A stretch of 64,000 bases of DNA from Eledone cirrhosa (GCA_964016885.1 OZ024747.1:92876001-92940000); one strand, 5' to 3'; counted from the stretch's first letter, positions 14,296 through 27,462 are shown. Numbers and translations: made by a program. Notes: generated from the letters alone by a model not told the origin.

Positions 14296-14365
14296 CTCAT
14301 ATACATATGCATACATATGTATATATATATACATATATACGTGCACACACACATATATATATAAT
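12930..14365. repeat. Compound (TA)n/(CA)n/(TG)n microsatellite field
   Basis: Seen directly. Similar fields at 11080-11195, 16500-18270, 18745-19075, 25530-26015, 27840-28170 and 41300-41580. Confidence 0.95.
13362..13441. mobile_element. Short Tc1/mariner-type MITE
   Basis: TA|CAAGGTGTCCCCAAAA ... TTTTGGAAGACCCTG|TA. Related copies at 25561-25642 and 39997-40104. Confidence 0.75.
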
Positions 14366-14658
14366 CATAGATCTATGTATAATGCTAAACAAATGATCAA
14401 AATTAAGTATTTGAAATATATCTGGGCATTGTACACTGTTCTGAGACCTAGTATTGAAACTATAGCATTTACATCATTGAAGAGACATTTTTTTAGTAAT
14501 TATAGATAGTTAAAACATGTTTCTACAATGTAATTACTTAATCCATTTTAATACCAAACCAACAGAAACTGTCACTGGTTCCACAATACAAAAATACCTA
14601 TTTTTCCTGTATCTATATCTAGTTTGAAATCATCCTTCTTAATTTCACATAAGAACCT

Positions 14659-14845
14659 TAACCCATTAGTATTTACATTACTCTATATTTACTATTATAT
14701 TTTCACAGTAAAGGCTTTATCTCACATAATATATAATCTAAGATTTTGATATTTATTTTGAGAACTATACCTTAACATCAGTATGAGCAGCCAGTTATGG
14801 CCGATTTGAACAGAAAGAGGTGAGAGAATTCTGGCCAGTTTGAAT
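14659..14845 (-). mobile_element. Family C piggyBac MITE fragment nested in a family D copy
   Basis: Reverse match to 7489-7716, flanked by family D sequence. Confidence 0.65.
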
Positions 14846-16869
14846 TATGTTTCAAACACCAGCTTAATAATGAGAAAGTTAGTTATATTACTAAATCCTC
14901 CCAAATTCTTGATTATTTCTATAATTATTTGAGAATCATAGATTGGCTATCTATGGTAACAAATGGGTTGAAGAGTTCACATTTATCTAAAAGCTCACCA
15001 TCATAATTCTATGTAAGAACATTTCTTATGTTCCAAACACCAACTTGATGAGAATATATAACACTAAACCCCACAAAATTCTTGATTATTTAAAAAATTA
15101 TTTGAAAATCAAAAGCTGCATTTTTCATTAGAAATGTGATAATGGAAATATTTTAAGTATTATTCTTTTTAGGAAAGATATCTTCTAGTTCAACATTTCC
15201 ATTTCGCACCTGCATAAATCAACACAGAGAAAATTACCTGTTCGATAGAATTCTATATTCTGAAATACTTGTGTCTCAAGTGAAAGGACATTTCAAAAGA
15301 TGACAATGGGTAGTTTTATTGAAATCATCATCCTCACCGTTTTATGTCCATTTTTCCATACTAGCATGGGTTAGACAAGTTGTCCTGTTGTGGGCAGTCT
15401 TGCACATACAGAACTGAAAGCATATTTAAAATCTTTTGTCACCAAATATGCTTGAAACTGTCCTGCTTCTATGATACATGACTATGTATTTTAAAGTGTT
15501 TATATTTATGTAAAAGCATTACTTTATAATTTTATGTAAGACTATTTAAGTTATCTTCCAAACATCAGAGAAATAAAGCAATAATTAGTTATTATACTAA
15601 ATGCTGCCACATATTCAAAATGATATAAAAATTATAGACAGTATCTTTCATTAGAAGAATTATTGTAAGGAAAGGGTTAAATGAATAAGAAGAAAATTAA
15701 TTTTATAGAAGTTATTAGAATATATTAAAATGATAAAATTTAAACTTTACTAATATTCATTAATTTCTTTAAGAAAAATGTCTGTTTAATTATTTTCAGA
15801 TCAATGAAACATTCTACTGTTCCTCACAGAAACATGTAACATGTAGAAATTTTACAAATATGGGGGATTGTGTTTCAATGATTAACACATATCAAAACTT
15901 CATTCTTAAAAGGTAATTTTGTTTAACCCTTTAAATACCTAACCCACCTGAAACTTCCCCTCGTTCTATGATACAAGACTATATACTTTCAAGTGTTTAT
16001 GTTTATTTCAAGTCCTTACATCATAATTTTAGGCAAGAACCTTTGTTAAGTTATGTTCCAAACACCAGCTTAATATTGAGAAATTTAGTAATAGTACTAA
16101 TTCTTTCCTCTCTCCAAATTCTTGATTATTTTTCAAATTTATTTGGAAATCATAAACAGTGTCTTTCATTAGAAATATGGTAAATATAATGTTGGTGCTC
16201 CAGCATGGCCTTAGCCTATCAACTGGAACATGTAATAGAGTAAATATGTTCCACATCAGTATTCTCCTGTATTATGAATACAAAAAATGTTCAAAATGTT
16301 CTGTTTGCATACCAAATTTTATATGGTTTTATCAATGAGGTTATAGTGAAAGACACTAAAACTGCAGCTTCTTCAAGGAGTACTTAGTTACATTACAAAA
16401 TGCTAATATATTTAGGAAAGATGAAATGTTAACTCTTACCAAGGGATTTAAGTGATCCATGCAGTAAAACAAAAGTACAGTTGATTTGTATAATATTGTG
16501 CACACACACACATATATATATACATATACAAAGTTATATATATATATAGAAATTTATATATAAAAAGAAATATATATACAAATTTATATATATATATATG
16601 CATATACATATGAATTTATATATGTATATAGAAATGTATATATGTGTGTGTGTGTGTCTATACAAATGAATGAAAAAAAAAAATAAACACATAATATGGG
16701 AGTAACTATATATACCTTGCATTACCATTGGTTTCATAGATGTACATGTATAAGTTTATGAAACCAATGGCAAGAGAGGGATAAATTAACCTGTTGATAT
16801 TCATATATATTATATATACACATATATATATATATATATATATTATATACACATATATATATATATCAT

Positions 16870-16939
<70 letters not shown>

Positions 16940-17349
16940 CATAAATATATATATACAAAGTATGTACATATATATAAAAAAATGTGTAATTATTATTTTG
17001 ACAAATTATATATACATTTATGGACACATACATAACCAAATTTCTATGCGTGTATAAGTGTAATTGTTCTTTGTTAATGGAACTACTTTGTAATAGTCGT
17101 AAAACATCTAATCCATACAAGAATGGAAATATCAAAATCTAAAATGATGTATAATTGGTATTACGAACAGTAGTGAAACAAAAAATACCTTTGGTAATAT
17201 ATATATATATATATATATATGTTTATGTATATGTATATATATGTATATGTATATATATGTATGTATATATATATGTATATATATATATGCATATATTTAT
17301 ACATATATATATATTCATATATGTGTATATATATATATATGCATATATT

Positions 17350-17382
<33 letters not shown>

Positions 17383-17595
17383 GCATATATTTATACATAT
17401 ATATATTCATATATGTGTATATATATATACATAAATATACATATATATATACATACATATATATATATATACATATATATGTATAAATATATGCATATAT
17501 ATGTATAAATATATGCATATGTATGAGTGTATATATGTATGAATGTATGTATATAAAAATGAATATGTATATATATATATATTATGAAATTTGTT

Positions 17596-17759
17596 CATGC
17601 TACCTGAGGTATCAAAGCATACTCAAGTATAGGACAATGAGATACTGTATATGCCAATGATGCTTATCTTTCAGATAAGACTAAGATAAGCAATACTTGC
17701 ATATATATAGTATCTCTATGACCTATGCTAGAGTAGGCTTTGAAACCTTAGGTAGCATG
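17596..17759. repeat. Long imperfect foldback (MITE-like hairpin)
   Basis: catgctacctgaggtatcaaagcatactc… pairs with …gagtaggctttgaaaccttaggtagcatg. Arms are ~75 bp. Confidence 0.85.
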
Positions 17760-18017
17760 CAAATGTGTCAAGAAAATTTATAATAATATATTTCGGCTCT
17801 GTACTTAACATAGAGCAACATTTTCTTGTATTTATGCCATGGAATCTCTCGACACTGTATATATACACAGACATATACATTTATTTATATATACATATAT
17901 ATGTATACAAATATATATATATATATATACACAGACATATAGATTTATTTATATATACATATGTATATATATATATAAATGTATGTATATCTATAAGTAT
18001 GTATATATATGTATATG

Positions 18018-18049
<32 letters not shown>

Positions 18050-18087
18050 CTTGTATATATATATATATATATATATACATATACAAG

Positions 18088-18121
<34 letters not shown>

Positions 18122-18754
18122 CATATACATATATATACATACTTATAGATATACATACATTTATATATATATATACATATACACACACACATATATATAT
18201 ACACACACGCACATATATATATACACACACGCATATATATCTATATGCACACACACATATATATATATATAGGCACAATGGTGCTGTACTACATGAATAA
18301 CAGTTTGCTTGACTGTACACAAAATAAATTCCACTACATCATATTTGAGTGGTTAGCAGTAGGAAAAGGCTCCAGTAGGAAGCCTCTGTATGGTCATTTT
18401 ATCTGCTAGAAAAGCAGCCAAATCTCCCTGAAATTACACCCTATAATCTTAAAAAAAGATTCATTAGAATTATGTAGTCCTACATACATTGTCTTGAAAA
18501 CAGCCAAATCAGTGATGTACTAAACAACAAATTGAGTAGTCACTTTTACTACATGGTGCTCATAGCCAATGCATTTAACTCTTAAATGGTGCAGTTTTCC
18601 ACACTGTAAATATGTACAAATTTGCACTGAAGCATTACTGACAAATTAGGAAATATTTCATTAGCATTTCTGTATTCAAATTCTCCTGTAAATGGGACTT
18701 AGGCATGTTGACTTGTTTAAGATACATTCCTGTGGTCATCTTACTATATATATA

Positions 18755-18813
<59 letters not shown>

Positions 18814-19028
18814 TAGGATGTAAACATAGATGTCTCCACATACATGTACATAAATATTTTTCAAGTAAAAATTATATATATACATGTATATGTACATACA
18901 TATAAAGAAACACATACATATCCCTGCATATCTAATATACAATCATTACTGAAATATAAATTTCTAAATGAAGTTGATGTGTGAGTTTGATTCTATAGTG
19001 CTTGTACAAACTTCAATGTAAAACTTTC

Positions 19029-19077
<49 letters not shown>

Positions 19078-19210
19078 GTGATTTTGGACACCCTGCAGGA
19101 CAAAAAAACAAAACCTGACAAAGGGCGGAAGAACTCATAAGAGTCAACGGCCATCCAAAAGTGTGTAAATATGTATATACACATGTATATATGTATATGC
19201 GTGTGAATAT

Positions 19211-19930
19211 GCCTGAGGTGTCAGTGAGGGGCATGTACTTCTGTAGAGAGGGCTAGCCATGCCCTTTTCAGGACAGCTCGTCCTGCATTGGGTCCCACCT
19301 GACACTCAGTTCTCACCTGTGGCCCCAAGTAGCTGTAGCATACAACAGTGGCCACACCCCGGTAAACCATCTTGGCTGGCGGGCCGAACCAGGTTGAGGG
19401 TAGCCGGACAGGTCTGAAACCCCCTGCTGAGTTAGATAGGGGATGTTTCCCCTGCATGCGAAGACTGGACCCGGTGGAGTGAGTGGAGGAGGACAACATC
19501 GTCCCAACGGTCACAAAGGCGGCGACAGCAAGCGGTGTGGAGCGCTAGGGCATGGCAAGGCACTACAGACGTCGTGGCCATCCACTGCAGCCAAGGAAGT
19601 CCCTGGTCGTGACTGTCCTCCGTACCACCGAATTCTGGCTTCTGCGGCCGAGTTGGTGGGACCGTCTCTGTGCACTGACCCTCCCACTATGAACCTTTCC
19701 CGCACAGGTTTCTTCTTTAGCGTGCACTCCCAAAGCCCTGCGGCAATGGGCGATGGGTGGAGGTAACAGGTGGAGGTAACCTCTGGGAGTTGCCAGTTTG
19801 ACTCTGGTCTCTTCCCCTGCCCCCAGACCTGCAAGTCAAGGATCGGCCTCCACAGCCACCTTCGTGCCCACAGCAGACGGGAACAACAATAGAGAAGATG
19901 TCATCATCGTTTACGATGGACAACGAAGAT
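19211..19930 (+). mobile_element. GC-rich non-autonomous bipartite RTE derivative (5' UTR-like region plus extreme 3' end)
   Basis: 19806-19892 encodes GLFPCPQTCKSRIGLHSHLRAHSRREQQ*, the RTE/BovB C-terminal C2H2-like motif, followed by a catcgt…acgatg 3' hairpin. No EN/RT sequence is seen upstream. Confidence 0.75.
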
Positions 19931-19963
19931 ACATATATATATATATATATGTGTGTGTATGTA

Positions 19964-20008
<45 letters not shown>

Positions 20009-20130
20009 ATATATATATATATATGTATGTATGACACACGACCGTGACCTCTGGCGTCATGCAGTAATACAGAATATCCGACCCCCTACGGGTACAAGCC
20101 GAAGCTGAAGCATATAGACAATATGCCCCC

Positions 20131-20383
20131 CCACTACAAAGTGGTCGTGGAGGTGCCACGCCAAAAAAGTACCCAGCCCACACTGTAAAGTGGACGTCTA
20201 GGCGCCACGGAAAAAAAGCACGCAGCACTCACTGTAAATATGGTTGGTGTTAGGAAGGGCATCCAGCTGTAGAAATCAAGCCAGAATCAGTTCCCGTATG
20301 AGCAAGACAAGGTCAGCCGACCGGACACTGCCCACAACAGGACAACCCGTCTAAGAACGGACGTAAAACGGTGATGATGATGA
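20131..20383 (+). mobile_element. (GAT)n-tailed SINE family B
   Basis: ggtgttaggaagggcatccagctgtagaaa core and ggacgtaaaac…gatgatgat tail. Confidence 0.85.
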
Positions 20384-20395
20384 TATATATATATA

Positions 20396-20590
20396 TCATC
20401 ATCATCATCATCTTCGTTTAACGTCCATTTTCCATGCTAGCATGGGTTAGACGGGAGTTGTCCCACTTGAGGCAAGGTTGGTTGGGTGACCATGTCTCGC
20501 TCATATAGGACTATCTGGCAGGTTTTCTACGGCTGGATGCCCTTCCTAACACCAACCACATTTACAGTGTGGAACTGGGAACTTTTTACC
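20396..20590 (-). mobile_element. Family B SINE, tail-to-tail with the previous copy
   Basis: (CAT)n followed by reverse core tttctacggctggatgcccttcctaacacc. Confidence 0.85.
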
Positions 20591-20591
20591 G

Positions 20592-20661
<70 letters not shown>

Positions 20662-20737
20662 CATATATATATATATTAGAAAGTGAGGTTTTTTTTACAA
20701 AATGAAAAATAACCGATGTGTCCTACACGAGAGAAAG

Positions 20738-21075
20738 TATAAGGACAAAAGATGAAATCGAAAATGCAACTGTAGTTTTTTTTTTTTAAATATATATATT
20801 TATTTGGTTCCTTTACCGGTTTCGCGAAACCGGTAAAGGAACCGGTAAATATATATATTAAAAAAAAAGGAACCGGTAAATATATATATTTAAAGGAACC
20901 GGTAAATATATATATTTTAAAAAAAGGAACCGGTAAATATATATATTTAAAGGAACCGGTAAATATATATATTTAAAAAAAAGGAACCGGTAAATCTATA
21001 TATTTAAAGGAACCGGTAAATATATATATTTAAAAAAAAAAAGACTACAGTTGCATTTTCGATTTCATCTTTTTT

Positions 21076-21082
<7 letters not shown>
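20738..21082. repeat. Spacer-less palindrome with tandem amplification in the right arm
   Basis: Centre ggttcctttaccggtttcg|cgaaaccggtaaaggaacc. Outer arms aagatgaaatcgaaaatgcaactgtag / ctacagttgcattttcgatttcatctt. About 7 copies of aaggaaccggtaaatatatatatttaa. Confidence 0.92.
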
Positions 21083-21114
<32 letters not shown>

Positions 21115-22295
21115 CTTTTTTCAAGTTTTTCATATTATATTAATGGATCTTAAAATTTGTAGTATTTGCAAAATAATAGTTAGTGTATATTTTATTGCAG
21201 AATGCTCTTTGTGCTACTAACTGATGAATATTGAAGTGGAGATGGCACCTATATTTAAGGTAGATACACCTATAGAAGCAGGATTATATGCTTTGTCTAT
21301 GGCACAATGCATTGTCTGCAGCCATAATTATATAAATATTTAACTTGTATTAAAATTTGGCTCACAGTAATTGTTATTAGAAGATTCATTTCTATAATGT
21401 AGAAAATGTATATATTGCTCAACAGATTTTGGTACCTGTTTAGACAAAATAAATCAAGAAATTACATTCTACTTTAAATCTACAAACATCCCGAAACATC
21501 TCAAATGTGTAAAAATTAAAAATTCCACCAACATCACTTGATTTTCATGTTGGTATAAGGGCATCTTTGTGAAATTATGTTCATTCCCAATGCTAACTTT
21601 TTTATAAAAATGAACATCTTCCCTGATTTCACTGATGTCATTTGTATGAAAAGCATAATACATTAATGATAGTATCTGTGCAGTTGAGAAATTGCCAGAA
21701 ATATATATTATTAGAGATTTAACCTTGATGTATTCATGGTGTCTTTAGAGTTTCCTTAAGAGGATATCATGTATAAACATTTTAACTGGATTATAACACT
21801 GTTTTGAAAAGAAATAACATTTAAATCATGAAGCAAACCAATAAAAATTCATATACATTCTCTAATAAAGCAAGAACGAGTGAAAAAAATAAAATGATTA
21901 TAGACATTTAAGAGAAGTATGTAACTTCTAAGCTGAAATTTCATGATATCTAAAACATTTTAGAAAATATTGTCTAAAATTCTGATATTTCTATGTTGAA
22001 AATTTATGATTTATATTTATTGGAGTAGTTTGAATTAATACCTGCCATAAAGTGATGAGTTAGAGATAGATCTGTAGAAGATATATATCATTTATAGAGT
22101 AGAGCTATAAAATGTTATAAACAAATTGTATAATTGCCCAAAGTAACCAAAGATTTAGAAAAAAAAGCCTGACACTGGAATATAAATAAAATTACTTTCA
22201 ATATTGAAAGTATTGAAAAATAATAGCACTTTGGTTTGCTTATATTCAGAAGCTTGTTTTTCTAAATCTAAATAAAAAAAGTTCTGATTTAGATA

Positions 22296-22620
22296 TACAG
22301 TGTACCCCCAACATTCATGGTCCCAGTTATTCACAGAATTTTCCTTAGAATGTAACTAATAATTGTTCATGGAAACCACTGCATATTCGCGGATATATCT
22401 TCCGTGATTTTTTTATGGCTTTGACATGGCAATATATATTTTTTCACGCTTCTTCATGCTAAATTATTAATAACATTATACCATATTTGCCGGCCTATAT
22501 TTTACGTTATGTTTTGTCATTTATAGGCATTTTTATGGACCACGTCCAATATTCAAGGTTTTTCACTCTTCGCAGGTGTTCTAGGAAGATAACCCCTCCG
22601 AATACCAGGGGACAACTGTA
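22296..22620. mobile_element. Tc1/mariner (Tigger-like) MITE
   Basis: TA|CAGTGTACCCCC ... GGGGACAACTG|TA imperfect TIRs. Confidence 0.6.
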
Positions 22621-23057
22621 CTACCTATTTTATAAGAAATACAGAAGGCCATAAACCAGCTATGGTAAAGTGCTAAATGGAAGTACTATACCTTGTACCT
22701 GCTAAAATGTGCAAGTCTTCTGGTGTCCTATTACACCAAAAGCACAACATGCCATATGGAAATAAGACAGCATACTTTATGACATCACTAATGCATTTAT
22801 AATACATTTTTACGAAAAAAAAAAAAGAAAAAAAAAAAAAAAAATTAATTTTACACATCACACAATTCCCTGGCTGAACTGATATTGGTCAGTCTTCCAA
22901 AACAGCTTTTCACCATCTTTAGCAAGACATTATTTCTAAGAGCTAGAAATGATCTTGAAAGGCTAGACAGCTCCAGCAAAGTGATAAAAGCAGAATAAAG
23001 ACTTTTACACCATCTATGTGCATCTTCAATATCATTAGCAGAGATGGCATAGGAAAA

Positions 23058-23243
23058 TAATTGTTTCTACTTTAGGCACAAGGCCAGCAATTACCCAGTG
23101 CATTACTGGTACTTTATTTTATCGACCCCGTAAGGATGAAAGGCAAAGTCAACCTCGGCAGGATTTGAACTCAGATCATAAAGGGACGTAACTATGCTGG
23201 AAAGCATGGCGTCCGACCCTCTACCGATACTGCCAATCCACCG
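23058..23243 (-). mobile_element. Family A SINE, young
   Basis: 16-bp TSD ggcataggaaaataat. Confidence 0.93.
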
Positions 23244-26200
23244 GCATAGGAAAATAATAACTAACTTTAGATGTTTGACAGGTTCCTTACCATTATGTTA
23301 TACTGATTTGTGCACAGGAAAAATATTAGAAGTCTTTGACATAACTTAAAGTGGAGAGGACATCTATATAAAATATAGAATAGGATGTTGTATAATAATC
23401 ATCACCAGGTAGCAGTCAACAAGATGAAAAATATGGGCACCAGAAACTTTCTCTAAGCAGAAAACTGCATAGTTAATGCTACCTGTGAACGTAATATACA
23501 AGGGAGCATATGAATTTATGTTAAATCCCCATGGTTTTTGTCCAGTAAAGGACAATGTAATAGACATCTTTGATATCTTCACCTATATAAGTAGTACATC
23601 ATCCAGGAATGTAAAAACTGATGAAAAGCATGGGGTGGAGGAGAGAAAAAAATGCGTGCAGAATGCTTGAAAAATTTGGAGAGTGATTAGTCTCAACACA
23701 AACTAGAAGTATTGTAAACATGTCAAATCATGGATAATGAACACAAAGGTAGCTGTATAGTTTCAAGATGCAATTACTGATGACATGATATAGGTTCTCT
23801 TTTGTACAGATCTATTGAATATTCACACTATACTGGAAAGACATGCATCAGATAGACTTGATATCATATCCATGGTGATTGTGAGCAATTTCATACTGGT
23901 GTATGGCAATTGTGGAGTGCAAGCCCAAAATGCACTTGAAGGAAAGCCTCTAAATTTAGAAATGAAAATTTTATTCTGACAGTTGAGAGAACATATGATC
24001 ACAAAATAATGTGTAGGCATAGCATTATACTAATAGAAGCATAATGGAATGCTGATATAGAAAAATGAGAAGACTAAAGGAAAAAGTGTAAAAAAAGGTA
24101 ATGCATATTCCAAAGAATTTGATTGATATTGCTGCTTAATTTCAAAAAGTTAAACAACTTTTAGAAACAAGGACACATAAGTACTGCAACTAAATACATT
24201 TATAAGGGAAAATAAAAAGAACAGATTAAGAAGACTAAAATATACATTGTGCCTTATATAAGTATTGAAACTGATCTAGAGTACTGTATATATATATATA
24301 TATATATATATACTTAAGCTGATAAAGTATATTTCATAAGATGGATCATAAACAATTTGGAAAATCATTGCACATGTTATAAACATCTCTTAAGACTGGT
24401 TGAAGACAACTTATCTTTCATAATACAGTAGTTTAGGATCTGTCTAGTGAGCTAAACAAACGGTATTTAATATCTTATTAGTGCTTAATCAGTTTAACTG
24501 ATCTTGGTACTTTATAAAATAAGTAATGACATGGTAGAGCAAAAGTCTTTGAATGAATTAATGACTAAAAGTAGAACGAGTAACTGTAGTTTCCCAAGCT
24601 TTTTAGAGAGCATGAACATAGTCAATTAGATAAACAATTGGAAATGATATATTGAAGTAAGGTAAGTGTGTATGGGATGAAGATCAATAACTCAAGATGA
24701 AATGGTATTGTAGAACAACTGGTATTAAATGAAAATTATTTGATAAACTGATACTGCAAATTGCATATTCCATGATAAAATCTCCATATGAATGCATTAG
24801 AGCTATGGTAGGCTGAAATGCAAACATTCTCATGTAACCATGAAAGAAACAATATTTTAGGGAAAAACAATGTAACAGATACAACTTGTAAAGCTGTTCA
24901 CTTGTATGCAATGAATACTAAGATAACTGCAGGATTTAGAATAAAACAGAAAAACAGAAAAATGAGAAAATAAGTATAAATAATATCAAGTAATTTATAT
25001 AAATACTGGGAAAATCAGATATTATATATGAATCTCTCTGTCATCAACATTACTGAAGATAGAGCTTATGCTATAAAACTGCCATATTTACAGGAATATT
25101 ACATATGTAACACAAAGATACATTAAACTAGCTGATTGGAGTGAAATAAATACAGTTTTTTTTTTCAGATATATTTACAAAAGTTCTATGAAAATAACAT
25201 TTGATTAAAAAGAGAATAGAAAGCTATATAAAAAGTAAAAGAAATTATGGAGAGTTATGTAAATATGAAATATTATTTGAGAGAATATATTTTATTCCTG
25301 AGATGAATCAAATAATTGTAATAATAATAATAATAATAATAGTAGTATATAAATCTAATTTAAATATCCTTTTCTACTTGGATTAATGTTGAAAATAAAA
25401 CAGTTGAATAAAACGATGAAATAGAAATAAAAATATTGACTTTTTATTATCAGCTAATAACAATAATACGATAAGGGAAGTGAATATTTTCTTATTTTAT
25501 TCTTGTAAATTAGAACACACCCATATGTTTATGTGTATACACACACACACATATATATATGTGTCCCAAAACGTGTATATATATACACACTTCAACAGCT
25601 TTCTAATCAACGTGTGTTTACATTTTGGGGGGTAACCCTGTATATATATATATATATATATACACATATGTGTGTGTGTGTGTATACATGTATACATATA
25701 TACATGTGTGTGTGTATGTGTGTATGTATGTATATGTATGTGTGTGTATATATGTATATATATATGTATCTATACATATGTGTGTGTGTATGTATACATA
25801 TATATGTGTGTGTATGTATACATATGTGTGTGTGTATGTATACATATATATGCGTGTGTGTATATATGTATGTATATATATATGTATCTATACATGTGTG
25901 TGTGTATATGTATACATATATATGTGTGTGTGTATGTATACATATATGTGTGTATGTGTGTATATATATATTATATATATATGTATATATATATATAGTG
26001 TGTGTGTGTGTGTAGAAGTGTAATAGGTTATATAGCAATTGATTTGTTTATCAGGTTGATATTTTTTGGCATTCTATGTTAAGTTCACATTTTCTTAGAC
26101 AACTGAAAGCAATGAAATTTGAGGATTATAACAGAAGCTGATATTTTTTGACTTAATAATCCCTCCATTCTATAAACACACCTTCAAATCACATGTAATT

Positions 26201-26636
26201 TTTGCCAAGATTCAATATGAAATAAAAAGACATTCATGTATTTAATTTGGTAAATAATAGTTTTATTTTATTATGTGCATGTAAGTTGTACATATCACTA
26301 ACCCGACATAGATACCACAAGAAAGGCATACACACGCGTTTGCACAAAATTTATATTTATCACTTATGTATTGGCATGAATACACAAACATACACATGTA
26401 TATGTATGTATGTATGTATATATGTGTAGGATTGAATGTGTGTTATCATCATTCAGGTTAATTTTCTGTTTTGATAGTTTATAATTATCTTCTCTCAATG
26501 TTAACTATAATTAAAATTAAGAATTCTAAATATTTTGGATGAAGCAGATTAAGAATGTTATTTACAACCAAGCATGCACATTTGTGTGTGTAGATTATGT
26601 TTGTATGTAAATATTATATGCATGTGTATGTACGCA

Positions 26637-26667
<31 letters not shown>

Positions 26668-26888
26668 GAATAAAATTAAAATTTCATTTATTGCCCTAGC
26701 ACAGCTGATCAACCGTTCAACAGATTGGCAAAGAGGTATACAGTGCCCTGATGAAGGGTAGTGACACAGAAGCATGTTGATTGTTCCTCAATGCCAGTGT
26801 TGAACAAACACGGATGACGATTGGTCATCGACACAGCACAGCTTTGCTCAGGCCGTTTGTTTACAAACGAATCGAATATCATTATTAG

Positions 26889-27082
26889 AGGGCGGTGGAT
26901 TGGCAGTATCGGTAGAGGGTCGGACACCATGCTTTGAAGCATAGAATTACGTCCCTTTATGATCTGAGTTCAAATCCCGCCGAGGTTAACTTTGCCTTTC
27001 ATCCTTACGGGGTCGATAAAATAAAGTACCAGTAATGTACTGGGTAATTGCTGGCCTTGTGCCTAAAATAGAAACAATTATT
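26889..27082 (+). mobile_element. Family A SINE, full length
   Basis: ggcggtggattggcagtatcggtag A box, gagttcaaatcc B box, core and tail. Confidence 0.93.
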
Positions 27083-27169
27083 AATGTTTCATATAACACA
27101 TACATACATATGTATATGTACATAAATATATGTGTGTGTGTGTGTGTGTGTGTATTCAGTCAAGAATCT

Positions 27170-27260
27170 ACAAGTCTGATGAGCTATTGATTCCAGAGCT
27201 GGGCTCAATCACTACCAATCATACCATGAACTAATCATTCACAAAACACGTGTCACGTGT
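27170..27260 (+). ncRNA. Degenerate type I minimal hammerhead ribozyme relic (Penelope-like)
   Basis: ACAAGT-CTGATGA-G…C-AAAA-CACGTG-TC-ACGTGT. Stem I 5/6 pairs, palindromic stem III, G12 mutated. Confidence 0.5.
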
Positions 27261-27378
27261 GAATAAACATAATAACGTTCTATTGGTAAGAAACCAGGTG
27301 GACCATAACACACCAGAGTTCAGATCTAACTGTCAAAACGGCCGGAGCTCAGCCGTCGGAGTCTTCACTCTTTTCCTA

Positions 27379-27462
<84 letters not shown>

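Noticed and set aside
19227-19310. HDV-like ribozyme at the RTE 5' end
   Set aside because: A P1-like stem exists, but I could not place P3/L3, the P1.1 GG or the catalytic C.
19221-20037. GC-rich ORFs as a host gene or CpG-island promoter
   Set aside because: The overlapping short ORFs have no recognisable domains and are better explained as an RTE derivative.
22640-24060. Very old RT fragment (HGFCPVKDNVIDIF, TDDM-like)
   Set aside because: Only weak motif resemblance, insufficient without a tBLASTn or HMM search.
26889-26980. tRNA gene
   Set aside because: A and B boxes are present but run into the SINE core and recur about 20 times. No proper cloverleaf.
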